A program made the translations under genes and the position numbers. A model generated the notes under the pieces. The model saw only the letters and a program-made list of their open reading frames with translations. It was not told the origin of the DNA and did not search any database. Below, piece after piece: positions 38,967-55,681 of a stretch of 64,000 nucleotides of DNA. This DNA is from Blastocystis sp. Blastoise (lineage: Eukaryota > Protista > Bigyra: Opalinata): the NCBI GenBank assembly GCA_039096225.1, contig JBBPEB010000015.1:682001-746000 (forward strand), read 5' to 3'. Position 1 is the stretch's first letter. Each line of letters begins with the position of its first letter.

Positions 38967-39551
38967 GTTTTTTAAAGCGAATATTCCACGGTTATTCCAT
39001 TTTAAAACTTTCATTTTCAATTAATTGTGTCGAATATGTGTTTTTACTTCAATTGCATAGTAATTTTAAAGTTGTTATATCTAATTAATTTACTAAAACT
39101 TATTTATGTGTTGGTTCACTATGGAGTTCATGAATTTCTATTCTAGAGTATAGCCAACCAAGTTTTTATCTGCATTACTCCTTTTTTATAATGAGTATTG
39201 GCGAGAAGAATTCTCATAATGTCTTGTTGATTCTGTTTTTAAGTGAATTTTGAAAATACTATTTAGAATTCTGAGACTTTAAAAGAGTTTACAAATTTAT
39301 GAACAATGAATCCATTTAGTAAAGATAAATTATATTGATAATATAGTAATTAACAAATACAAACAAAAAATATAATTACAAAAATGCAAATTTTAGGTAA
39401 TCAAAAAATAAAGAGAGATTATGTTTTCGTAGAATAAGAAAAAAGCCATGATTAACATGAATATATGAAAAAAAGATGAGGAACAGCAAAATCCTCATTT
39501 AAAAAAACTATATATTTGCTATAAAAAGAATTATATATAGGAAATAATAAA

Positions 39552-41915
<2,364 letters not shown>

Positions 41916-42846
41916 ATTACCATAAATAGTTTTAAAAATATGTAAAAAAATAATAATTCAATGAATCAAGACATTGTTAATGGCATTCAATTGTTTCTAT
42001 TATTCCTTGTGACACGCTACTCTATGTTTTTTCCGTAAGAAAAACAAATCTTGTAGTCAAGACAGTCTTATTTTCATGATTATAGAGTGGAAGCAATTCT
42101 ATTTCATGGAATCTGTTAACGACAATGACGAGTATTTTGTCGAAAATGAAATTCGGTTTTTTATTTGCTATCAATTGAATATTCACAAATGAAACGAGAA
42201 AATTTCTGTCAGCAAATAGAAAAGCAAAGCAAGAGAATTGTATTACATATTCATTCGTTAGAATTTTGGTTTCTTCAAAAAATGAGTGGTTATTATTTTT
42301 GTGAATTCCAGTGGTGGACTGACACTCAAAACTTGTTTCATGAAACGTTGTGGATATGGGTTTGAAATAAGTTTTGAAGTACTAATATATTTAGATATAT
42401 ATATATAATATTTATCAGTATAGTATCTTATTGATGAGACTCTTACATAGTGATTTTTGTAACTAAATGATAATACACGGCAATTGGTGTTTTCTAGGAG
42501 GCTTTCAACATTGAATATTTCCACGTGATGCTTATAAGATATACATTTAAATAAAAAAAACTTTTTTTCATTGTAAATGACGTTTAAAAAAAAATGTTAT
42601 TGCCAAAAAATCATTTCAATAATATAATACGAATAATCACTATAGATCAGTGGAGTCACAAAAAAAAAACAAAAACGAAACAATTATAGAAAACAGCTAA
42701 TAAAACAGTAAACACGGAAAAGCGTAAATAAATGAGCCATAATTTTGTTCATGGCTTTATAAAGATAGTATAATATATAAATAATATTATTATAAACGAA
42801 GTTTGCTCAAAGAAAAAATATCACTATTTATTCTTCAGTTCCTTAA

Positions 42847-44843
42847 TTATATAGGAGTAGTTTGTGTAATTTCTTGTTCAGGAGTAGCAGGAGTATAAGG
42901 AGTATTTTCATTAATGAAATTAGTTTCTAAAGAAACGTGAGTTTCACCAATACCAGGTATTCCTTTAACAAAAGATTTCACTCTCTTTAAATCTTCAATT
43001 TGCTATAGATTATAAAGAATTAAAAATTGAATAAATATTTATTTAATTGAGATACATACTTCTTCAATTTTGACAGGTTTAATAACAGATATATGTAAAT
43101 CAACAGAATATGGTTCTATATAGATAATATATAGAAAAAAATAATAAATATATGTTAGATCTTATATACCAGGTCCTGTAACACGTAATTGTTCAATTTG
43201 AATACCACCAATAGCATCAATACCACTACGAATTTGATTAATACAATTATTATCATTAGACTTCATTACCTATATAGATGATTTAATAGATACCATATGT
43301 TTTTATAAAAATGAGAATAATAATAATAATAACAATATATATAAAGATATACATCACTATCTCTTTCTTTGACAACTTCAACATGTACTAATACTTCAAT
43401 AACGGAAGACATCTTCTGTTTAATTCTACTTTCAATCATATCTGTAAGAGCTTCAGCATCTTCTACATGAGTACCTGAATGTACATATACTTTAAGATCA
43501 ACAATTTGGAAAGGACCCATTTCACGAGCTCTTAAATCACTATAACCTTCACATTCAATTTGATCCACTATGTATGTATAATATAATTAATATATATAGT
43601 AATAATAAATTGAAAATAATATAAAGTAATTGAAAATATATAAATATAATAATATAATATATAAATAAAAAACATACAAATAGAAGTTAATTCAACAAGA
43701 GTAGCATTAGTCATTTTATCAGAAAGAGAACAAATTGAACTATAACCAATCTTACCACCTATATATATATAAATATATATATAAATAGTTTAAACTATAT
43801 ATAAGATAGAAAAACATACCAATGCAAATAATCATGATAGCAACACCAAGTCCAGCAACAGGATCAGCCCACCACCATCTATAGAGGGAAATATAAATAT
43901 GAAAATAATAACATATAAATAAATAATAATATATAAATAAATAAATAATAAAATAAATAAATAAATAATAAAATAAATAAATAATAATATATAAATAAAT
44001 AAATAATAAAATAAATAAATAATAAAATATATCATACTTGAGCCAAAGATTAAGACCAATACCAATAAGAGCGACAATAGAAGAAATAGCATCAGAACGA
44101 TGATGCCAAGCATTAGCAATAATAACAGGACTATTAATTTGTTTACCAATAAGATAAGTATACCAGAAAAGGCATTCCTTAGCAACAATAGATATAATAG
44201 CAGCTACTAAAGCAATAGGTTCAACAAGTTGTATATCTTGATCAACAAGCTTTATAATACCTTCATAACCAACATAAGCACCTACACCAACTAACATAAT
44301 AGCAATAAAAACAGATCCAGCAATTTCATAACGACCATGACCATAACTATAATTAAAATCTTTAGTTTTTTACAAGACAACGATAATATATAATTATTAA
44401 AAACAAGAATAACATACGGATGATCTTTATCAGCAGGTTTCTTAGCAGCAGTCATAATGAAAAGAGCAATAACATCAGTGATAAGATCGGTAGAAGAGTG
44501 AACGGCATCTATAAAAGAAATATAGAATTGATAACATATTATTGCACATACCAGCAACCATAGCACTTGAATTACCAAGCGTACCCATAATAAACTAAAA
44601 ATAAAACAATAATGATAACCGTAATTTGAGATAAACATTAGAAAAACATACTTTAGCGACAGAAAGTGTAATATCAACAATAAGACCAACCCATGAAGTG
44701 GCATTGGCTTTTCTTGTTCTCACATTAGGATCAATATTCTCATCAATTGCCTTAGTAGTGTCTTTTCCATCAACATCAATAATAACAGGAGCAGCAGTGC
44801 TGTCTTGCATTTCGACGTTAGTTTCTTTTTTCTCAGAAGTCAT
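42847..44843 (-). CDS. Cation diffusion facilitator metal transporter, paralog 2
   Basis: DAVHSSTD, KPADKDHPYGHGRYE, ANAWHHRSDA, WADPVAG, LRAREMGPFQIVDL; TAA at 42847-42849. Confidence 0.93.
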
Positions 44844-46263
44844 ATTAGTGATATCGTATTAGTAGATAGTTTATAGTAATATGATATGATTTTTATAAGT
44901 TCTACACAAGAAATATTCCTTGTATGAATAAAAAAAAATATATAAGTTTTGATAAAGTAGAATTCTCAATAAATGGTGAATAATTTATTACCCAAAAAAA
45001 TTCCTGAACAAGTTTCACCAACATCTATTGGATAATTCATGAGATTATTTTTGATTTGCTAAAACAGTGTTTCATACCAATAAAGAGTAGGCATTTTCTT
45101 TCGATTGAACCAATCAACTCATCGTAATGAGGATTGACCAATAAATTTTGAGATGTGGGATAAGTGAGAAAGGCAATTTTTGTCCTATTAAACATCGGAA
45201 TCTTTCTTTCTTTAGAAATCCACAGAAGGGAGCAAATGGATTGGCGTTTTGATCCCAAACATTCTGTTGACCAATAAAAACTACAATTCTTCTTATATAA
45301 AGACAATCTCTCTGGCATCCCTGTTTGTTTTAAATTATCTCCCCTATTTTTGAAATATGTATTTTTGAAGCCCTCTGATTCATAATATTATAAGATCAGA
45401 TTAAGTATGATATATAAGTGGAAATACTCTATATTTTAAGTGTAAAAAAAACTGATAATCCAAATTGAAATCTGTTTTTTCTTATAGGTCATTAAAATGT
45501 TTATATATATATATATAGTCATAAAACATTCAATTATTTATTTACATGAAATATCATGAAAATGACAACAAATATTCAAATAAGACTTTTTTATGATTTG
45601 ATTTTTATTTTCTGATAATTCCCCGTGGAAAACATGCGATTTTGACTGTTTTTTTATAGTCAATAATTCAGTATAATTTAATGACACTATTTTAGTTATA
45701 TGCCATACTAAAATCAGTGGACATAACTTGAAATTGTATGTAAAAACTTCAAAGAGTCCTTATCTTTAAAAAGTATAATGATATTTAAAATTAACATGAA
45801 ATAAGCACATAAAATCTACATTCTACTCTTCAGTTATTTACAGAGTATTCTAAGTAATATCAAATCCTATTTTCTAGTCACAGGTCACTAAATCACTGTA
45901 ATAGACTTTTATTAATAAAGTTGTGAATGAGTTATGTATGTATCTAAATAATATCAATGAAACAAAATAAACTCAAAATTCAAGAAAAGCCATTCAAGAA
46001 AAAAGAATGATTTTTTTCTCATCTCATTATTCACCTGAACGTTCATTCTTCTTGATACAATCCATCGATATTACATACTTGCTATTGATAAAAAAAAACA
46101 TTTAATATTAATTAAAAAAACATGTATCCTACATTAAAGGAACAAAAACTCTTAACATATTTTTCTATCGTTCTCTTTAAGAAATCGTAAACAATTCTTA
46201 GAGCCATTTTTTCTTTGTAATCATACTTTTCGTCATTTTTTTTTCCAGAATCACTTTTATTTC

Positions 46264-46494
46264 ATGGAATCAAATGTGATGTTTCAAAATTTGAAGAGTT
46301 TAGCAAAATCTCTTAAGTATGTTGCCAAGATGTCAGGAAGTCGAAAAGATCAACGTACTGCACGTTATATTGCTCAAGAAATGGAATACTTCATTCAAAG
46401 ACCAGAAAAATTAACAGAGTCCAATTTGAAAACTATGGTGAATAATGGAATGTATTATATGAACACGATCAATAAAAAATGGTGTAGTCGATAA
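46264..46494 (+). CDS. Small 76-aa intronless basic protein (possibly LYR/FMC1-like)
   Basis: Non-repetitive ORF with coding-like GC content in an intergenic gap, followed by TGTTT-rich 3' sequence. Confidence 0.55.
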   Translation: MESNVMFQNLKSLAKSLKYVAKMSGSRKDQRTARYIAQEMEYFIQRPEKLTESNLKTMVNNGMYYMNTINKKWCSR

Positions 46495-46900
46495 TTTATT
46501 ACTTTTATTACTTTGATACTCATAGCATTAGAGTTAAATACATATCCTGAGTATATATATCACAAAAAATACGGTCTTTAGTGTATACATTTTCTGTATT
46601 CATTTGTTTTTGTCTTGTTTTATGTTCAATTCATGAACGCTCAAATTAGATCTATGATGCTGATAAGATCAACTCAATAATCTCATGTATTCGAGTTACT
46701 AGATCGTTCTAATTGTCTAGAAATAATTATGAATAATTGTGTTTATTTTTTGGTTTTTCTTGTTGAGTTTGTTCAATCATTTTGTCATTTCATGAAAATC
46801 ATAAACTTTTTTTGTCAACTGATAGAAAAGACATTTCCTGATTTTCTTACAAAACAAAACATAAATTTGTTTTTTCTTATTCTCTTACTGATACATCATT

Positions 46901-47722
46901 ATGGAAGCCTATAAATCTAAATTTTTTGAATTCTGCGACAAGATTGATAGTTTCTTAGAAACTTACCCCATCTGTCAAACTATCAAGGAAAAAGTTCATT
47001 GCCGTCTTTCTTTTATAATTCTCGGATTAGTTGCCATCTTATCCATCTCAAGCGTTATATCTCTTGGAGCTGCCCTTCTTGTGTATTTTTTTAATCAGTT
47101 TTTAGTCTTTTTTAATTTAATATTATCTTACAAATAACAATGAACTTGAATAACATTTAAAATAACGAATATCTATTCTTATTTGCATATCATTTTTTCA
47201 TCTAGTAATGTAATTGCTATCGCTTATCCTGCTATTTGTTCTATCAAAGCCCTTGAAAGTTCTAATAAGGATGATGATTCTAAATGGTTAACTTATTGGA
47301 TTATCTTTGCTCTTTTCAGTCTTGTTGAAAGTTTTGGTTATTTCATTCTTAAGTAGTATATATTTATAAATATTTATTATTTTATAAATTATACATATAT
47401 ATATATATATATATTTTGCAGTTATATAACTTATTTAATTATTTTTATGTTAATAATTATATATTTATATTCTCTAGTTCTCACTTCTATTATCCTATTA
47501 AGTGTGTCTTCCTCTTTGTTTGCTATTATCCTCAAACTAACGTATGCTTATTATAATTTATTTTATTATTCTATTTATAATTATATTTAGTTTGCTCAAA
47601 TTATTTATGAAAAATATGTCACAGTTTATCTTATCCCTCTTATTCAAAAAGTATATTTTATTCCTTATATATATATTTGTTTTATAAAATTACAATTTAT
47701 ATAGTATGAAAAGAGAGATTAA
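46901..47722 (+). CDS. YOP1/REEP/HVA22 (TB2/DP1) ER-shaping protein, 5 exons
   Basis: [41 protein letters not shown]...[10 protein letters not shown]...PQTN. Confidence 0.92.
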
Positions 47723-48336
47723 AAGTGTTAATGTTGTATATCAAATATATATGTTATTCTCTTTTGTAAATATTTAAATTAAGAGTTTATTTGTTTGGAT
47801 TCTGCAACAAAATGCTATTAGTTTTGTATAGACGCTTAATATGCAATATTATTTGGTATTAAAAAATACCAAAAAAAAAATAACTTAGAAATTAATAACT
47901 CCAAGAAAAAACAAAGATATAATGATAAGAAACAAAAAAAAATAGGAAATAGTAATACTAATACAAGCTAGAAGAAAAAAAAACGCTTGAAAACAATACT
48001 TTTTCTTCAGAATATATATATAATAGATATATATCATCGAAAACAGTATTCTTTCAATAGTAGGTATATATATAAAGAAAGGTAAGAAGAATATAATGAA
48101 AGCAAATATAAACAGTAAAAAGATTGAAAAAAAAATTTTAAAAAAGAAGAAAAATAATATATATATATTTACCAATAACTTAGAAAAGTCAAATCAAATA
48201 CTTGACAAATAAGAAATAGAAGTGAATCTCATAAAAATAGAAATTCAAACTAATAATATAACAAATATTATAAATATTATAAACAAAGGAACAAACAAAA
48301 TAAAAACAAACAAAATAAAAACAAACAATCAAACAA

Positions 48337-51300
48337 TTAATTTATATTATAAATACCTTTATATATAGGTATATATTTCGATTTTACATATTCATAGAAA
48401 ACCTATAAAAAATGTATATATTTATATAATTAATAATAAATATAATAATAATAGTAATAAGTATAATAATAATATATACATCAGATGTTATAAACAGCTG
48501 ATAGAAATCATATTTATCAGTAGTAACATTTTTCTTTAATGATTTTGAATTAATAATATAATAGAACTATATATAAGCAAATGATTAGAAAAATAATAAT
48601 AAATATATATATATATATATACATAGTTGCCTCTAAAATAGAATGTAACGTACATAAATAATTCATTAAGAACAATAGAATTATAGAACTGGAAGAAAGA
48701 TTGAAATTTATATTCGTAAGAAATAGGAATAGCATTAAGTGAGTATTCATATATATTATTAATAGAGAGATAAGGATGAAGAACGAGGTTTAAATCTGTG
48801 CATACATCATTATAAACTATATATACAAGTAATAGAATATTAATAATATAATATATATATATTATTATTATTCTTATTAATAAGAAATAAATAAAAGTTA
48901 TATAAATAGATAATAGTATATACATGGATTCGGTGAATTAAAAAGATCTCCTTCTTTATTATATAAGCAGAGATTATCACAATCAATTATATAAACAATA
49001 CTATTTAACTGATCTAAAGACTTCACACTATATATATATACATATATATATAATAATAATGATTATTATATCTATTAGAAAAAATATTAGTGAAAAATAT
49101 TATAAGAATAATAATAAATATAATAATAAATATAATTATAAATATATATATATACCAAATATCTTCCATAAAAGTTTGTACTTTAGGAACACCGATGATG
49201 AAGGGTCCGTCATGTACGGTGAATTCATCAGTTTTCGAATCAAAAAACTCTTTAATTCGACATAATGGCATCAAAGGACATAAATAATGCTATATATAAG
49301 AATAATATATGATAAATATATAATAATAAACAAACAATATATATAAATAATAATAATACAAATAACAAACAATACAAATAAATAATAATAAATAAATAAA
49401 TATACTTGAATGCAAAAAGGATTGAACATTTTTAATATAAACATAAAGAATTCATAAATAACAAATAGATTATCACTACGAAGTATAAAACTAACACCAT
49501 TTAAGACCATTGTATATATATCAATCCACAATTTTGCATCTGTTTTCAATATAAATTCACCACTAAAACGAGGTATAAAGAATTGCTTTTTCTTCATCTT
49601 CTTTATTACTTTCCAATCTTCAATAGAAAGATCTGGAATATTCGAATGAAATTCATAAATAATACCTTCTTTATTAAATGCTTCTTTATCTTCTTTTTCT
49701 TTCTCTTTAATCTTTTGAATAGCAGCATTAGACATACTATTTAAATCTGGAGAGGATAATAAATCAGGAGATACAGTATAATGAGTATTATTATTATTAT
49801 TAGTACTACCTTGATTATCTTCTATCTTTGTTATATTCCCTTGACTATCTGTAGTAGTTCCTAACGTAGAATGATGGAAAGGAGAAGAAAGAGAAGAAGA
49901 AAGAGAAACACCTACTTTAGGTGTTGCAGGTCTTAATTGTACACCACCTTTAAGCATTGTTAATGAAGGAATTGAACGAGGAAGAACAGCAGGTAAAGTA
50001 GAGGATAAATTACGTGGACCACGAGGTAAAGGCTTCTCTAAATCAGAAATATCATCGAAATTAACAGTAGATGCCGTAGAACTATTAAACATATTATTTT
50101 TATGTGAATAAGGAGGTGAAACACGGCCATTAGGAATATAACCTGGTATTGAATAGAGAGTACGAGGTGTTTGACGAGGAGTAATAGATGATGAAGTAGG
50201 TGTACGAAGAGAAGGAGTTCCTGGTAAGGATGGAAGGGGTGTCACTTCACTTTGAGGTGTACCATTTCTCGAATAATCATTTTGACTATCACTTGAATTA
50301 TGTGGAGTTAGTAATGATGATGAATTCATACGTAATGCTGATGTAGATAAAGGAGTAGCAACATTAGTAGTATTACTAATAGAAGTAGAAATAAGTTTAT
50401 TATTATTTGAATTAATTAAAGAAGGAGGTATACGTTGAGAATCAAGAGTAGATATAGTAGTAGGAGGAGTAGGAGTAGGAGAAGACGTAGAAATAGGAGT
50501 AAGTGAAGGAATAGTAACTAAAGGACTCATAGCAGTATTAATAGTAATATTACTATAAGGATTAACAGTAGTAGAGGGAGTAGTTGGAGGAGTACTAATA
50601 ATAGAGGCAGGAGTAGATGCACCACTATTATTTGCACTACGCATACTCTTTACAGTACTTCGACGTTTAACTACAACTTTCTTCATATCTTTACGTATCT
50701 CTGCTTTCTCTACAGGTGTACTAGTAGTAGAAGTAGATGGAGGCATAGGATCTCTTGTTAAACTAATTGTAGAAGAAAATTCAGCAGCAGGAGTAGGATT
50801 TGTACTATTAAAAGCACTTGGAGACTCACTATAATCCGTGAATGTAGGAGGTGAACAACAATTATTCTTATCTGATTTATTCATACCTATATTATTTCCT
50901 ATTCTATTATTCATAGTATTCATATCTTTAGAATTAAAGATTACTTCATCTTTCTCTGTATCAAGAGTAACTCCCATTTGTTCTAAAGGAGATAATTGTC
51001 TTTGTGAAGGACTAAGAGTAATATCTAAATCATCAGGTGCAGGTTCTTGTGGAGTATGGACAAGTAAACGGAATTCTGCAGGTGATGGTGATTCGATTAG
51101 AAGATCTTTAGCAATAGAGAGTATAGTAGATGTTGGAGAGACATCTTCTTGAAATATACTATTCTTATCATTATGTTGAGGAGAAGGAGTAACACTATTT
51201 ACGGTATTTAAAGGAGATTTAGAATAATGTTTTCTAGAATTAACATAAGAAGTATTAACAGCTGGTATAGAGTTAGAATGACTAGTAGTAGTTAAAGGAG

Positions 51301-54289
51301 AAGAAGAAGAACATGAATGTATACTTGTATTCACTTGAGAATGATCATCTGTATTATTATTGATTGCTGATTGAATAGAATCAGGAGTAGTACCAGTAGA
51401 AATAGTAGGAATAACAGTACGTGGAATAATAGGAGACATAGATTGAACACGAATAGTAGATATTTTAGTGTTAGGTGACTTTGAATTCATCAAACGTTCT
51501 TCACTTTGAGAATTCGATGTACAATTAAGAATAGATGAAGTTGTAGAAGAATTAGTAGTATTAGTTACACCTAAAGGAGGAAGAATAGAATCAGGACAAT
51601 CCTTTTGAGATTGACATTTTGAAGTTGTATCATTATTAGATTTCGAAAGAGGATCGAATTCTAAAGGAAGAGGGATATCACTAATAGATCCTGTGGATTG
51701 ATGATAAGCTGAAGGAGATGAAGGAGGAGATATACCTGAATCTAAATGAAGAGTAGGAGGAATATCTGGAGGAAGTTCAGGAGAAGTACTACTATCATCT
51801 GCATGTAAATAGGGAGATTCATTCGTATATTTTGAAGCTAAAGGAATAGAATCTAAATATGTATCTTGATAATTCGTAGTAAGTAAAGAAGGTTGAACAG
51901 GTAATGTCATAGTACGACGTAATGTCTTAATAGAAGTACGATATCTCTCTTTATAATCATTATCTAAAGGACCTAATTCATCTTCATTTGGAGGGTCTTG
52001 AGAATCATTTGGAGGGTCTTGAGATTCATTAGAAGGAAGAGCAGGAGGAATAGAAGGAGATTGTCTTATAGAAGGAGACATAGCAAGAGAAACATGATTT
52101 CCTTCAGGTGTTGGTGAAAGAGGAGGATTCTCATTAAGATTTATATTAATACTAATATTACGAGTAGGATGAGTAGGAGATATACAATTAGATAATGCCA
52201 ATGGAGAAGCACGTGGTGAGGCACGTGGTGAGGCACGTGGTGATATATGAGGAGAGACATTATATTGTCGAACACTTCCAGGTCTTGAATGTATATGTGA
52301 TTGATGATCAATAGATAAATCACTATCAATAGGAGAAACAGGTGATTCAGGAGATGCTATTTTCTTTATAAGAGAATTTGGTGATGTAGGTATACTAGAT
52401 CCATCAATAGATGCCATTGGAGGTGTAGATTGAGAAATAGTATTTGATATAGAATTTTGAGAAGTATTTGAAGAAGGAATATCTTTAGTAAGAATAGGAC
52501 TAGTAATATTATTTTGAGGAATAACATTAGCAGGAGAAGGTGCTTTATGTATAGAAATACAACCATGTTTAGCAGCATCATCAGAATCATTGAAATTTAA
52601 ATTAGGAGAATTTAATAGAGTTCCTTGTTTATTATTAATATACATAGCAGGTGAAGCAGAAGACATAGTATTAGGTCTCATTAAAAGTGACGATACACCA
52701 CAACTATAACTATTGAAAGAACGACCGGAGTTAGGTTTCGAAGGATCAAATCGTGGACTATTACTCATACGTATACCACCTGGAAGAGAAGGAGCAGTAG
52801 AAATATTACTGACAATATCTTTAGGAATAAAAAGAGGAGTAGATGTTCTTTGAACTGTAGCTTTAATATTCTGAGAAGCTAAAAGACTTGAAGGAGCTTT
52901 ACTAAGGGTTTTACGATTGGGAGTACCTTTAGTACTATTACTATTTGTACGTCTTCTTACTTTTAAGTTCGTAACTGAATTACTAGAAAGTTGTTGTCCA
53001 TTTATATTAATAGTATTATTTTCTATTTCATAAGGTTTAGGAATAGCATTAACAGGTGTTGTACTAAGAGATCGTGTACCAGGGGGTATCTCATGAGTTG
53101 ATTCTTCAGTAATATAACAAGTAGAAGCACTTCGTTTCTTCTCAAGGATTCTTAATTGTCGAATAGCAGGTGTAGTATTATTACTATTATTATTAGGAGT
53201 AGTCATATTATCAGGTGTACTAGGAGAAGAAGTAGTAGATACAGCTAAAGGAGAATGTATATAAGTATTATTATTTATAGGAGATAAAATAGTATTGACC
53301 TTATTTGAAGGAGTATAAGAATTATTACCCTCTTCAATAGGAGAATGTTGAGGAGAAAGACTCATATTATGATTAGAAGGAGATTCATCCTTACTATTTG
53401 TAACTGTATGTAAATTACTTGTTCTCCTAGGAGTAGAAGCATTTAAAGGAGTTCTAGAGTTCTCTTCAGTATAAGATGTTATACTAGTATCAGATTCAGG
53501 ATGTAAATATTTCAAATCTTGATTTCCATTATTCATATTACTAGGAGTAGTAGTAGTAGAAGACATATAATGTGGTGTTGATGAATTTCCTCTCATAGTA
53601 TTTGAGGGTGTTCGACTAGAGTTCATTGTCATTTGGCCACCTTGTGAAACATTAGGAGAATAAGCTTTCTTACGTGGATTCACTTCTTGAAGTAGAGATA
53701 CATCAACAATAGAAGAACGAGACACAGATGGAAGAGATAATTGATCATTATCTGGTGTATTATCATTCATATATACTTTAAGAAGATATATAAATTCATT
53801 AATAGCTAGATCTAAGAAAGGTTTTAAATTATCTTCTAAAGTAAGTGAATCATCATCATCTCCTGCTTCTTCTTCTTCTTCCTCCTCTTCTAAATAGGAT
53901 AATATAGTATCATTAAATTCTATAGAGAGATCATTATGACGACTCACAAATCTCTCCCAAATATCAGTCGATTTCAGCTGTGATTTCAGCAGGGAGAGGA
54001 AGGCAGGGAGCTTATTAAGAGAAATAGGTAAGGGGAAGAGAATATAAAAGACTAAAGGTTGAGTAAGAGATATAGGTATATCCTTAGTAAGGGCAGGAGG
54101 CTATATATATATTAGGTATATAGAGATAATTAATATATATATAAAATAGGTTAATAAATATATAAAATCAATAGATATATAATTAATATAAATAGATATA
54201 TACAAGAATATTCTCATATTTATATTTATAAACTACTTCTTTAGGATGATTCATATAGTAAGGATATATAAGACCATGATTCCTATATA

Positions 54290-54325
<36 letters not shown>

Positions 54326-55390
54326 CATTTCATTATTAGCATCTTTTGTTTCCTTCACAGTAGGTTGGAATAAATTCTTCATTAATGCTATTCTATATAT
54401 ATAAAGTATATTTTATAAAAATTTATATCTATATACGATTTCTGTTTAAAATCTTGTTTTTTAACCTATATATATATAGTAATAATGAATGAATAGAATA
54501 TACAGAGTATAATAAATAATATATATATATATATACTGGTGTTTTATGTACCATATATGTGCATTCTTCTTCTACAGATATAGTAAGACATAAGTAGGGA
54601 GAGCAGAGAGGGAATACATTCAAATTGATATGTTCAACTATAGAGGATGAGAGGAAATAAGAAAATATGAACAATAATAAGATAATAATATATATATATA
54701 TAATTAGAAATAAGCCTTTATATATATATATATATACTATTGTCTGCACTTGGGTGAATCACAGAAGGGAATCCATTAGGAAAACAGCACTCCTATATAT
54801 ATATATATATATATAATAAAAACTGTATATAATGATTATATATATATATACTTCGATATAATCATCATCTTTATATTTAGGATTTGAATATATATATGTA
54901 CCAAAATCAATACCATCGATATTTACACCACTATTTCCCTATATATATATATATATATATAATTTGGATAGCAAAATAAAATTTAATTTAATTATATACT
55001 TTTTTAGTATAAATATTTTCATCCAAAAGATTATGACTGTGTTTTGAGACACAATTAAGATATATATATCCACTGCTATTAATAGAAGGAGCTACAGAAT
55101 ATATATAATAATAATATGAATAATAAGAATAATAATAAGAATAATAAGAATAATAAGAATAATAATAAGAATAATAATATTAATAATATTAATAATAAGA
55201 ATATATACAGATAACATCATTATAGAGTTCATGAAGATTCATACTGTATACATCTTCTTCATCTACAGAGTTATTCCCGCGGTTATTTGACTCTTTATTT
55301 GGAATTACGTGAGCATGAACAGCAGCGAGAAACGAATCATCCTGAATATGCTCCTCGTTTTCCGCGGGAATCGGGGGTAAATCTTCAGGC

Positions 55391-55447
<57 letters not shown>

Positions 55448-55589
55448 TAGAATTGAATACAAGATAGTATATATATACATTAATAGCTCGAACATATTCC
55501 GAAATATTTAATTCAGCATTATTTATACATAAACCTATATATATATATATAATATAATATTATACATAGTTTATATATATATAAATATA

Positions 55590-55681
<92 letters not shown>

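Noticed and set aside
45037-45318. 93-aa ORF upstream of CDF paralog 2 (and ORFs at 42165-42524)
   Set aside because: No recognisable motifs or splice structure; probably promoter or intergenic sequence
50838-51152. Antisense and alternative-frame ORFs within the giant exon
   Set aside because: Expected by chance opposite a long low-complexity coding exon
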